Below, in pieces: positions 50,641 to 59,536 of a DNA stretch of 64,000 nucleotides. Below the pieces are notes generated by a model. That model was not told the DNA's origin and ran no database searches. It worked only from the letters and a program-made list of their open reading frames with translations. The stretch lies in assembly GCF_016065055.1 (NCBI RefSeq), contig NZ_CP065856.1, positions 989,836 through 1,053,835 on the forward strand. The letters are read 5' to 3'. Positions within the stretch are counted from its first letter, which is position 1. Every line of letters starts with the position of its first letter. Source of the DNA: Halosimplex litoreum. GTDB lineage: Archaea; Halobacteriota; Halobacteria; Halobacteriales; Haloarculaceae. Made by a program: the position numbers and the translations under genes.

Positions 50641-50715
50641 CGCCGTCGGTCGCCCGGCCGTCGGTCGCCCGGCCGTCGGTCGCTCCGCCGTCGGTCGCTC
50701 CGCCGTCGATCGGTC
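50641..50715 (+). repeat. five tandem copies of a 15-bp unit (CGCCGTCGGTCGCCC variants)
   Basis: cgccgtcggtcgccc ggccgtcggtcgccc ggccgtcggtcgctc cgccgtcggtcgctc cgccgtcgatcggtc; intergenic between phzF stop and ppsA start. Confidence 0.6.
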
Positions 50716-50727
50716 CGATGGACCGGG

Positions 50728-51645
50728 TCAGGCCTCGATGATGTCGTCCTCGTCGGACTCGGGGATCGTCAGATCGCCGTCGAGCGTCGTGACCGCCCGC
50801 CCGCCGACGCGGGGCGCCGTCGCGCCCTCCTCGCCCTCACGGGTATCGACCAGTACCCGTCCCGGGCGGTCGAGGAAGTGGCCCTGTTCGAACACCAGCG
50901 GGTCCTCGGTGTCCAGCGCGGCCTGATAGCGCAGATAGGCGCCCACCGCGCCGCTGGCGGTTCCCGTGACCGGGTCCTCGGGGATGCCCGCCAGCGGTGC
51001 GAACGACCGCCCGTGCAGGGTCGCCTCGCCTTCGAGCGTGTCGAACGTAAAGGCGTAGAGTCCTTCGGTGTCCGTCTCCTCGCAGAGCGTCTCGACGGCG
51101 TCCAGGTCGGGCTCGACCGCCGAGAGCTGTTCGAAGTAGCCCACCGGGACGACGAGGAAGGGCAGGCCGGTCGAGGCGCGGGCGATCGGCAGGTCCTCGC
51201 CGACTTCCGACAGCGCAGGGGTGTCGAGGCCGAGCGCGTCGGCGACCTCGTCGAGCGATACGTCGACCTCGCGGATCTCCGGCGGCGACTGCGTGAGCCA
51301 GACGGTACCGTCGGCCTCGACTTCGACGTCGAGGGTGCCGACTTCGGTCTCGACGGTGTGGGTGCCGTCGGCGACCTCGTCGCGGTCGGACAGCGACGCG
51401 ACCGCTGCGACCGTGGCGTGTCCACAGAGGTCGACCTCGCGCTCGGGCGTGAAGTAGCGCAGCCGGTAGTCGGCCTCGTCGCTCGACCCGACGAACGCCG
51501 TCTCGCTCGCGCCGAGTTCCGACGCGATGGCGGCCATCTGGTCGTCGGCGAGGTCGGCCGCCTCGGGGACGACCCCCGCCGGGTTGCCGGCCATCGGTTC
51601 CGTCGTGAACGCGTCGACGAGCTGGACGCGGCGCGTGTCGGTCAT
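50728..51645 (-). CDS. PhzF-family isomerase (phenazine biosynthesis PhzF-like)
   Basis: 305 aa; DAFT..AGNPA N-terminal motif, ETAF, catalytic region; start at MTDTRR inside ORF 50728..52011. Confidence 0.8.
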   Translation of the reverse strand: MTDTRRVQLVDAFTTEPMAGNPAGVVPEAADLADDQMAAIASELGASETAFVGSSDEADYRLRYFTPEREVDLCGHATVAAVASLSDRDEVADGTHTVETEVGTLDVEVEADGTVWLTQSPPEIREVDVSLDEVADALGLDTPALSEVGEDLPIARASTGLPFLVVPVGYFEQLSAVEPDLDAVETLCEETDTEGLYAFTFDTLEGEATLHGRSFAPLAGIPEDPVTGTASGAVGAYLRYQAALDTEDPLVFEQGHFLDRPGRVLVDTREGEEGATAPRVGGRAVTTLDGDLTIPESDEDDIIEA

Positions 51646-51746
51646 GTGTATCCCGTTGCCTACCTGCACAATAAGATGCCGGGTGAACGGAGCGCGACTG
51701 TGCCGACGGCACTGCGACCGCGACCGTACCGTGTGACTGGTGGTGG

Positions 51747-52020
51747 CGCAAACAGCGTGAAAGCCCCCGCTGGCTCCGGTCGAGGGGCTCGCTGCGCTCC
51801 TCGGGCTCCGCCCTGTGGTGCTTGCGTCTCCCGTCTTCCCGGAGCCAGCGGCCCCTTTCATTCCCACCCGCACAGACGGGTCACCAGCCGACATGGGTGG
51901 GAATGAAAGGGGCGGCCGTCTGCACGAACCCCGGCGATGTAAGCACCGCAGGGAGTGCAACGACCGAGGAGCACAGCGAGCCGCGGGAGTGCAGACGGCC
52001 GGGGCTTTCACGCTGTTCGC
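51747..52020 (+). mobile_element. MITE-like palindromic element, copy 2 (~274 bp)
   Basis: TIRs CGCAAACAGCGTGAAAGCCCCC / GGGGCTTTCACGCTGTTCGC and the same central stem CCCCTTTCATTCCCACCCG / GGGTGGGAATGAAAGGGG as copy 1. Confidence 0.6.
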
Positions 52021-52105
52021 AGTCTATGAGTCACGTCCGCGGTCGGCGGTCGCGGTCTCGGATTCACCCGCAGCCCCGGCGATACGAATCCTCACCCAAA
52101 CCCAA

Positions 52106-53287
52106 TCAGATCGGGTCGAGTTCGCCGGAATCGTCGGTGATGAGGTCGCTGATCTCGTCCTCGCGGGTGTCGGCCTGTTGCTGGATGTTGGACTTGGCGT
52201 CGACGGCCTGGTCCTGGAGGGCGTCGATGCGGTCGACCCGTGTGACGTTCGAGAGCAGCACCGCCACGGAGAGCGTGTCCGCGCGCTCGCGGGGGTCGTC
52301 GCCGGCCAGGACTTCGACGCTGTCGGTCTCGCGTTCGAGCCACTCGCGAGCGCGACGCATGCCCTTCTGGGAGAACTCCGAGGGCGGCCCGGAGACGACG
52401 ATCAGCGAGCGCTCGGCCGAATCGATCTCGGCGGGGATCGTCAAGCGGGACTTGACCGCCTTCCGGACGAGGCCGTGGACCTTCATCGTGAGGTCGCTCT
52501 CGTCGTGGCCCTCGTCGTGGCCGTTGGTGAACCGGCTGATGAGCCCCTTCTCCTCCCGGGTGCCCGATTCGAGGCTGGAAGAGGCGAAGGCGATAGAGCT
52601 GACGCCGCCGGTGGCCAGCGTGCGTTTGACGTCCGAGGAGTCCATCGCGGCCTCGGAGATCTGCGAGCCGTCGAGTTCCCCCGCTGCGAGCAGGGTGACG
52701 ACGCGGCGGGCGATCTCCTCGTTGGTGCGGTCGTAGCCCATCTCGACGGAGTCGCCGTGCTGGCGCCAGGTGTCGTTGTCGAACAGGATGAGGTTCTCGG
52801 TGGCCTCGGTGAACGACGTGAGCGAGCGGGCGGCGTTGAACGCGGGCCGGCCACCCTCGTCGGCGCTGGGGAGGACGCCCAGGCCGTACACCGGCTCGGC
52901 GTAGCGGTCGCTCAGGGTCTCGGCGAGGACGGGCGCGCCGCCGGAGCCGGTCCCGCCGCCGAGGCCGGCGACGACGAGGAAGCCGTCGATGTCGTGGATC
53001 GGGACGCCGTCCATGGCGCGCTCGATCTCGTGGTGGTCCTGCCGGGCGATGATCGCACCGACTTCCGGGTCGGCGCCCGCGCCGCGACCCTTGACGCGCT
53101 GGTCGGTCTGGCCGATGAGGATACGGTTGTCGCGGGGCACGTAGTCGAGCTTCGCGAGGTCGATCTCCGCGGAGTTGACCGCGAGCGCGAAGCGACACAG
53201 CGACCGCCCTGTGTCGGACTCGAACGCGAGCAGTTTGTCCACGACCTTCCCCCCGGCGTTACCGAAGCCGATCACGGCGAGATTCAT
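52106..53287 (-). CDS. cetZ: CetZ (tubulin/FtsZ-superfamily cell-shape protein)
   Basis: GFGNAGGKVVDKL N-terminus, tubulin signature GLGGGTGSGGAP, no FtsZ C-terminal peptide; start at MNLAVIG inside ORF 52106..53437. Confidence 0.8.
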   Translation of the reverse strand: MNLAVIGFGNAGGKVVDKLLAFESDTGRSLCRFALAVNSAEIDLAKLDYVPRDNRILIGQTDQRVKGRGAGADPEVGAIIARQDHHEIERAMDGVPIHDIDGFLVVAGLGGGTGSGGAPVLAETLSDRYAEPVYGLGVLPSADEGGRPAFNAARSLTSFTEATENLILFDNDTWRQHGDSVEMGYDRTNEEIARRVVTLLAAGELDGSQISEAAMDSSDVKRTLATGGVSSIAFASSSLESGTREEKGLISRFTNGHDEGHDESDLTMKVHGLVRKAVKSRLTIPAEIDSAERSLIVVSGPPSEFSQKGMRRAREWLERETDSVEVLAGDDPRERADTLSVAVLLSNVTRVDRIDALQDQAVDAKSNIQQQADTREDEISDLITDDSGELDPI

Positions 53288-53812
53288 GTACGCCCGTCCG
53301 GCGTCGGTTTCGTTAACTATGAGCCGCTTTCTCGCGCCGCCGCGACCGCAACGTCGGCTTACTCCCGTCGACGGACCGCCGGAGGGGAGGCGGATCCGAC
53401 GGTACGAACAGGGAACCCGCAACCGACGGGCGACCACATGACTGAACCCGACGACAGGCCGTCGCCGACCGGACCGGACACCTCGTCACGACACTCGTCG
53501 GCCACCCACGCAGACGTTTCAGCGCGCCCGTCCCAGCTCGGACCGTCGCTCGCTCTCACCGACCGGTACGCGCACCCCAGCGACAGCGCGCCGACTCGGC
53601 GCTCAGCGACGACGCCCGCGTCGCCCGCGTCCGTCGTCCCGGACGTACCGGAGCGCACCGTAGAGCGCCTCGACGTCGACCCTCCCGTCGGTCTCCCTCA
53701 GTCGCTCCCGGAACTTGGTCGGAGTCATGATCAATGTTAACGTAGTCCGTAGCCAGTCATAAGCGTTCCGTCGACGGGGGCGCACAGCCGTCGGACGATC
53801 ACTCACGACAGG

Positions 53813-54112
53813 TCAGGCGCCTCGACGGCGGATCACCACCGCCGCGAGGAGACAGAGGCAGCCGAGGGCCAGCGGAACGAGGGAATTGGTCCGCCAGTTA
53901 CAGCCGTCGTACCACGACAGCGCCAGCGACGGGAGCTCGACGCCGAGGAGTCTGACTCCCCGAGGGTCGACGCCGACCGCCTCGTAGACGGCGCCGTCGA
54001 CCCCCGGGCAGGCCCGCTGGGTCGAACCGCCGACTCTCGCCGTCAGCGCACAGAGGGCGACACCGACGACCGCGAGCGCGTACTCGGTACGGTCGGAGAC
54101 GTTCACGCCCAC
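53813..54112 (-). CDS. small membrane protein
   Basis: 99 aa, GTG start, two hydrophobic helices, Cys-rich (6 Cys). Confidence 0.35.
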   Translation of the reverse strand: MGVNVSDRTEYALAVVGVALCALTARVGGSTQRACPGVDGAVYEAVGVDPRGVRLLGVELPSLALSWYDGCNWRTNSLVPLALGCLCLLAAVVIRRRGA

Positions 54113-54166
54113 GTATCCGCGCCTCGGACACGTATTCGTGGCGGCGAGCCGAACGCGAGGAGCCGA

Positions 54167-55300
54167 TCAGTCGGCGACGGCTTCTTCGGAGCCCGTCGCC
54201 GCGTTGGGGTCTTGGACCCACAGGTCGCCGAACATCTCGTCTTGGGTGAGCCGGACGTGGCCGCGGTGGGCCAGAAAGAGCAGACCGAGGAACGTGAGCA
54301 CGCGCGAGCCGCCGGTGTCGGATATCTCGCGGTAGAGCACTTCGTCGCGGCCTTTGTCGTACTGCTCGCGTAGCGCGTCGTGGACGTCGTCGATGATCTC
54401 GTCGACGTGTTCCTCGTGGGCGGTGTCGGTCACGTCGGCGGCGCTGGGCTCCTCGTCCATCCGGAAGTCGTCGCCGCTGCGGTAGTCGAGTTCCTGCGTG
54501 CCCCGGTCGAAGCCGCCCGGCGAGTCGCTGGTGTCGTACTCCCGGGACTCTTTCCACCAGTTGTCCCGCTCGGCCTCCCGCAGATCGCGGACGAGTTCGT
54601 CCAGCGTCTGGGGCATCCCGCGGGCGCGTCGCCGTTCGAGCCGGCGGTCCATCTCCGACTCCAGCGCGGCGAAGGGATCGGGCCCCTCGAAGCCGTCGTC
54701 GGCCATCTCGCCGCCCTGTTCCCAGGGCTCCTCCCACGGTTCTTCCTCCTCGTCGCTCCCGTCGTCGAGCATCGCGTCGCTCTTCATCCGCAGGAGGACG
54801 CTCGCGTAGAAGAGCGCTCGACCCGAGGTCCGGAGGTCACCCTCGTCGAGGCGATCGAGGAACTTGTCCGTCACGGCGACGATGTCGATGTCCCACGGGT
54901 CGATCTCGCCGTCCTCCGCGAGGTTGACGAGGACCTCGACCGGTTCCTCGTCGTCCTCGTCGGCGCTCTCGGCGGTCGAAGCGGCCGCATCCGCCTCGGC
55001 GTCGACCGTCGGGTCGGGCTGACCGTCGACGGATGGGTCACCGGTGACGAACTCGCTGGCGTCCGCGTCACCCGGCTCCTCTCCGGTTTCGCTGTCGCCG
55101 AACAGGTCCTCGGCATCCTCGCCAGGCGGCGTCCGATCCTCGTGACCGGCGATGTTCAGGGGGATGTCGTCGTCGCCGTCTCGCGGGTCGTCGCTTCGCT
55201 CGCGGGTCGCTTCGCTCCCCGCTCGCGTCTCCGAGGCGCTTCGCGCCTCGCCCTCCTCCCCGCTCGACTTTTTCGAGTCGCTTCGCGACTCGCTAGTCAT
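54167..55300 (-). CDS. scpA: segregation and condensation protein A (kleisin)
   Basis: Highly acidic N-terminal extension then ScpA core (GEIDPWDIDIVAVTDKFL..); start overlaps smc stop by 8 nt. Confidence 0.75.
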   Translation of the reverse strand: MTSESRSDSKKSSGEEGEARSASETRAGSEATRERSDDPRDGDDDIPLNIAGHEDRTPPGEDAEDLFGDSETGEEPGDADASEFVTGDPSVDGQPDPTVDAEADAAASTAESADEDDEEPVEVLVNLAEDGEIDPWDIDIVAVTDKFLDRLDEGDLRTSGRALFYASVLLRMKSDAMLDDGSDEEEEPWEEPWEQGGEMADDGFEGPDPFAALESEMDRRLERRRARGMPQTLDELVRDLREAERDNWWKESREYDTSDSPGGFDRGTQELDYRSGDDFRMDEEPSAADVTDTAHEEHVDEIIDDVHDALREQYDKGRDEVLYREISDTGGSRVLTFLGLLFLAHRGHVRLTQDEMFGDLWVQDPNAATGSEEAVAD

Positions 55301-58300
55301 CCGCGGGCACCCCCTCCGAACTCAGGTCGATGCCCGTCACCGCGGAGATGTTGTCGCCCTGCATCGTCACGCCGATGGCCCGCTCGGAGCGTTCGAGCAT
55401 CGCCGAGCGGTGGGAGACGACGACGAACTGCGCCTTCCCCGCGAGTTCGTCGACCATCTCGCCGACCAGGTCGGCGTTCTTGGCGTCGAGGAAGGCGTCG
55501 ACCTCGTCGAGCGCGTAGAACGGCGCGGGGTTGTGGCGCTGGATGGCGAAAATAAAGGCCAGCGCGGTCAGGGACTTCTCGCCGCCGGACATCGCCGCCA
55601 GCCGCTGGATCGGCTTGTCCGCCGGCTGGGCCTTCATCGTCAGGCCGCCCTCGAAGGGGTCCTCGTCGTCCTCCAGGTGGAGCTGGCCGCTCCCGTTGGA
55701 GAGGCGCTCGAAGATGTCCCGGAACTGCTCGTCGATGGCGTCGTACGCCTCCATGAACGTCTCTTTCTTGTTCTGCTCGTAGCGGTCGATCCGGTCGCGG
55801 ATACCCTCCGCCTCCTCGACGAGGGTCCCTTTCTTGTCCTGCAGATCGTCGAGTTCGTCCTCGACGCGGTCGTACTCCTCGATCGCGAGCATGTTGACAG
55901 GTTCGAGCGCCTCCATCTCACCCTCCAGGCGGGCGATCTCCGACTCGACCTCGTCGTGGTCGGGGATCTCTTCGGGGTCGTAGTCGCCGACCGCGGCTTC
56001 GAGCTCGTCGACCTCCCATTCTAACCGGTCGGCCTCGTCGCGCCGTTCGTCGAGGTCGCTCTCGACCGCGCCGACCGCTTCTTTCTTTTCGTCGCGCTCG
56101 GCGCGCGCTTCCTTGAGGTCTCCCTTGAGGTCGTCGCGCTCGTCTTTCAGATCGGCCAGCTCCGATTCGAGTTCGGCGACGGCTTCCTCTTTCTCCGCCA
56201 GCACCGCTTCCTTCTCGGCGATCTCGCTCTCGAAGCCCTCGATGCGCTCCTGGTGTTTCGCCTTGCGGTTCTGCGCGCTCTCGATCTTCTCCTGGAGGTC
56301 GTCGATGGCGTCCTCGGCGTACTCCTTCTCCAGCTGGAGCTCGTTCAGCTCGCCGTCCAGGTCGTCTATCTGGGCCTCCAGGTCGTCGATCGCGGCGGTG
56401 ATCTCGTCGGCGCGACTCGTGAGATCCGGCAGCTCCGAGTCCGCGACCTCGCTCTCCAGGTCGTCGATCTCGGACTCCAGGTCGTCGATCTCGGCCGTCT
56501 TCGCCTCGATGTCGGCCTCGATGTCGTCCATGTCTTGCGAGACTTCGTCGCGCTCGCCCTCGATCTCCTCGAGGCGCTCCTCGAGGTCGGAGATCTTCTC
56601 GCGGACCTCCGCGCGCTCGGTCTCGCGCCGTTCGATGTCCGTCTCGATGTCGCGGACCTGCTCGGCGGCCTCGCTCTCCTTGTCGCGGGCGTCGTCGAGG
56701 CGGCCTTCCACGTCACGCAGGTCCTCGCGAACGGACTGGCGCTCGTCCTCCAGGTCGTTGATGTTCGCGGCGATCCGTTCGAGCTGCCCCTGGCCGCCCG
56801 AGAAGGAGTAGCGAGTGCCCTTCGAGGAGCCACCGGTCATGGCGCCGGACTTCTCGACCAGGTCGCCTTCGAGCGTGACCATCCGGAAGTCGCCCATCAG
56901 GTCGCGAGCGGTGTCCATGTCGTCGACGACGAGCGTGTCGCCGAGGACGTACGAGAACACGCCCGCGTAGTCGCGGTCGAAGTCGACGAGGTTGGCCGCG
57001 AAGTCGACGACGCCGTCGTGGCTCGGCTGGCTCGGGAGCGAGCGGTTCTGCATCTGCGTGATCGGCAGGAACGTCGCCCGACCCGCACCCCGCGATTTCA
57101 GGTAGTCGATACACCGCTGGCCGATCCCGTCGTCGTCGACGACGACGTGGGCCAGGCGGCCCCCGGCGGCTGTCTCGCAGGCCACCGCGTACTCGGGGTC
57201 GACGCCGCCGAGCTGTCCGACCGTCCCGTGGACGCCGTCGATGCCGCCGTTCAGGATGGTCGTCACCGCGCGTCCGTACGAGGAGTCGCCGTCCTGGCCG
57301 GCCTTCGCTTCGAGTTCGGCGTACTCCTGCTGTTTGGCCGTGAGTTCGTCCTCGATGTCGTCCAGGTCGTCCTGCAGCGCCCGGCGCTCCTCTTTGAGGT
57401 CCGAGACCACCTCGGCGATGGTCGACTGATTCTTCCGGGCCTTGTCCAGTTCGCCCTCCAGGTCGTCGATTTCGGCCTCGATCTCGGGGATCCGCTCTTC
57501 GAGGTCCCCGATTTCGGACTCGGTCTCCCGTTGCTCGTTCGAGCGCCGCCGAGCCTCGTCGAGCAGGCGGTCCTGCTCGCGCTGGAGGTCGTTCTTCTCC
57601 GATTTCAGCGCCTCCAGGGCCTCGCGTTTCTCTTCGAGTTCGTCTTTGACCTCCTCGAACTCCTCGCCGACCTCGTCGATACGGGCCTGTACCTCTTCGA
57701 GTTCGGACTCCTTCTCCTGTACGTCGGCCTTCAGCGAGGATTTCGAGACCTTGGTCTCTCGGATGTCCGATTCCAGGTCGTCGATGGTCTCCTGCTTGCG
57801 GTCGATCTCGACGAACGCCTGGCGGCGCTCGTTCTCGGCGTCGTCGATGGTCTCCTCGGCCGACGCGATCTTGTCCTCCAGGCGGGAGATGTCGCCTTTG
57901 ACCTCCTCCATCTCGCGTTTGATCGCGAGCTGTTCGTCCTCGCCTTTGCGCTCGATCTCGGCGTTGAGCTCGTCGAGTTCCTCGTCCAGCCGCACCACAC
58001 GGCCCTGCCGTTCGTCGAGTTCCAGTTGGAGATCCTCGAGTTCGGCTTCGAGTTCCGCGACGGCGTCGGTGGCCGCGGCGAGTTCCTCGCGCTTGTCTTC
58101 CAGCTCGGCGGCCTTGCGGTAGCTCTCGTACTCGCCTTTCTCCTCGCGCAGGTCTTGGTACTCCAGGGCGGTCTCCCGTTCCTCCGAGAGCTGGTCGAGG
58201 CGGGTCTCCTTCTCCTCGATGCGGAGTTGCGCCTCCTCGATGCGCTCCTCGACCACGTCGAGTTCCTCGAAGGCCGATTCTTTCTTCTGGTCGAACTCGG

Positions 58301-58865
58301 CGACGCCGGCGATCTCGTCGATGATTTCGCGGCGGGCGCCGGGGGTCATGTTGATGATCTCGGTCACGTCGCCCTGCATGACGACGTTGTAGCCCTCGGG
58401 CGTGACGCCCGCCTGGGCGAGCAGGTCGCGGATGTCCGAGAGGTTGACCGAGCGACCGTTGATGTAGTAGTACGAATAGTAGTTGTCGTCGGTCTCCTTG
58501 ACGCGGCGTCGGATGGAGATCTCGTCGACATCGCCGACGTTCTCGGTGCCGGCGGCGGTGACGACCTGCGACCGCGAGAGCGTGCCGTCTCCGTTGTCGA
58601 GGATGACCTCGACGCTGGCTTCGCGTTCGCCGCCGGTGTCGGCGTCGTCGTCGGCGTGACCGGGGTTGTAGATGAGGTCCGTCAGTTTCTCGGCGCGGAT
58701 GCCGGACGTGCGCGCCAGCCCCAGCGCGAAGAGGACGGCGTCGATTATGTTGGACTTACCGGAGCCGTTGGGGCCGCTGACGGTGGTGAAATCCTCGTAG
58801 AAGGGGATGCGAGTCTTCCGGCCGAAACTCTTGAAGTTGTCGAGTACGAGCTCTTTGATGTGCAT
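55293..58865 (-). CDS. smc: chromosome segregation protein SMC
   Basis: 1190 aa; N-terminal Walker A GPNGSGKSN, long coiled coils, hinge, C-terminal signature LSGGEKSLTALAFIFA and Walker B. Confidence 0.9.
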   Translation of the reverse strand: MHIKELVLDNFKSFGRKTRIPFYEDFTTVSGPNGSGKSNIIDAVLFALGLARTSGIRAEKLTDLIYNPGHADDDADTGGEREASVEVILDNGDGTLSRSQVVTAAGTENVGDVDEISIRRRVKETDDNYYSYYYINGRSVNLSDIRDLLAQAGVTPEGYNVVMQGDVTEIINMTPGARREIIDEIAGVAEFDQKKESAFEELDVVEERIEEAQLRIEEKETRLDQLSEERETALEYQDLREEKGEYESYRKAAELEDKREELAAATDAVAELEAELEDLQLELDERQGRVVRLDEELDELNAEIERKGEDEQLAIKREMEEVKGDISRLEDKIASAEETIDDAENERRQAFVEIDRKQETIDDLESDIRETKVSKSSLKADVQEKESELEEVQARIDEVGEEFEEVKDELEEKREALEALKSEKNDLQREQDRLLDEARRRSNEQRETESEIGDLEERIPEIEAEIDDLEGELDKARKNQSTIAEVVSDLKEERRALQDDLDDIEDELTAKQQEYAELEAKAGQDGDSSYGRAVTTILNGGIDGVHGTVGQLGGVDPEYAVACETAAGGRLAHVVVDDDGIGQRCIDYLKSRGAGRATFLPITQMQNRSLPSQPSHDGVVDFAANLVDFDRDYAGVFSYVLGDTLVVDDMDTARDLMGDFRMVTLEGDLVEKSGAMTGGSSKGTRYSFSGGQGQLERIAANINDLEDERQSVREDLRDVEGRLDDARDKESEAAEQVRDIETDIERRETERAEVREKISDLEERLEEIEGERDEVSQDMDDIEADIEAKTAEIDDLESEIDDLESEVADSELPDLTSRADEITAAIDDLEAQIDDLDGELNELQLEKEYAEDAIDDLQEKIESAQNRKAKHQERIEGFESEIAEKEAVLAEKEEAVAELESELADLKDERDDLKGDLKEARAERDEKKEAVGAVESDLDERRDEADRLEWEVDELEAAVGDYDPEEIPDHDEVESEIARLEGEMEALEPVNMLAIEEYDRVEDELDDLQDKKGTLVEEAEGIRDRIDRYEQNKKETFMEAYDAIDEQFRDIFERLSNGSGQLHLEDDEDPFEGGLTMKAQPADKPIQRLAAMSGGEKSLTALAFIFAIQRHNPAPFYALDEVDAFLDAKNADLVGEMVDELAGKAQFVVVSHRSAMLERSERAIGVTMQGDNISAVTGIDLSSEGVPADD

Positions 58866-58886
58866 GGTGCTCGCGATGGAGCGGGC

Positions 58887-59153
58887 CTAGGCGATGATGA
58901 TGTCGCCGGGGCCGCTCTCCGTGCTATCCGCTTCGTCGTTATCCTCGGTGTTAGTCCTATCGGCCTCGGCTTCGTCTGGAGATTCCGACGATTCGGCGGG
59001 CTCGTCGGGAGTGAACCCGATGTCCTCGTCGACCGCGTTCTCCAGCTCCCGAAGGCGGACCTTGCACTCGACGAGTTCGTCCGTCAGCCCCTCGACGGAC
59101 GCCTCGAGTTCCTTGACGCGTGATTCGAGCTCCTCGACTCGGTTACCGCACAT
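58887..59153 (-). CDS. small acidic coiled-coil protein upstream of smc
   Basis: 88 aa; heptad-like VEELESRVKELEASVEGLTDELVECKVRLRELE then acidic tail; 21 nt upstream of smc, same strand. Confidence 0.4.
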   Translation of the reverse strand: MCGNRVEELESRVKELEASVEGLTDELVECKVRLRELENAVDEDIGFTPDEPAESSESPDEAEADRTNTEDNDEADSTESGPGDIIIA

Positions 59154-59536
59154 ATCACTACGAGTGGTTTCCCCCGTGATAAACCTACGTCAGACATTCG
59201 CACCGAGCGTGATAGGTACGGCCTACCCGTGGCGGTTGCGTCGCCGCCCCGGACCGGCCAGCGGACGGCCGCTCCGTCGCGGACCGGTCGACGGGTCGCG
59301 TCCGTTCCCGACCTCGACACGAAACCTCGGTCGTCGGTCCGCTCTCCATCCGACGAGCGCCCGAGCGACGCGTACGGATCGGAAGCTGCTCGTACCGGAG
59401 ACCGCCGTTCGGTGACGGTATCGACCCGGATGGGTCACGACACGGAACCCGAGCCGACCTGCAACTGGATGTAAAGAATTTTCAAACAGTGTTTTGAATC
59501 GACATTATAGCCCGGAAAATAGCCGCCCTGGCTGTC

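Noticed and set aside
53439-53806. Small ORFs in the 525-bp cetZ upstream spacer (53439..53740 + and 53603..53806 -)
   Set aside because: Both are low-complexity with Arg-rich ends and carry no motif. Rare AGG codons are present. The region is more likely promoter or UTR, so they are left unannotated.
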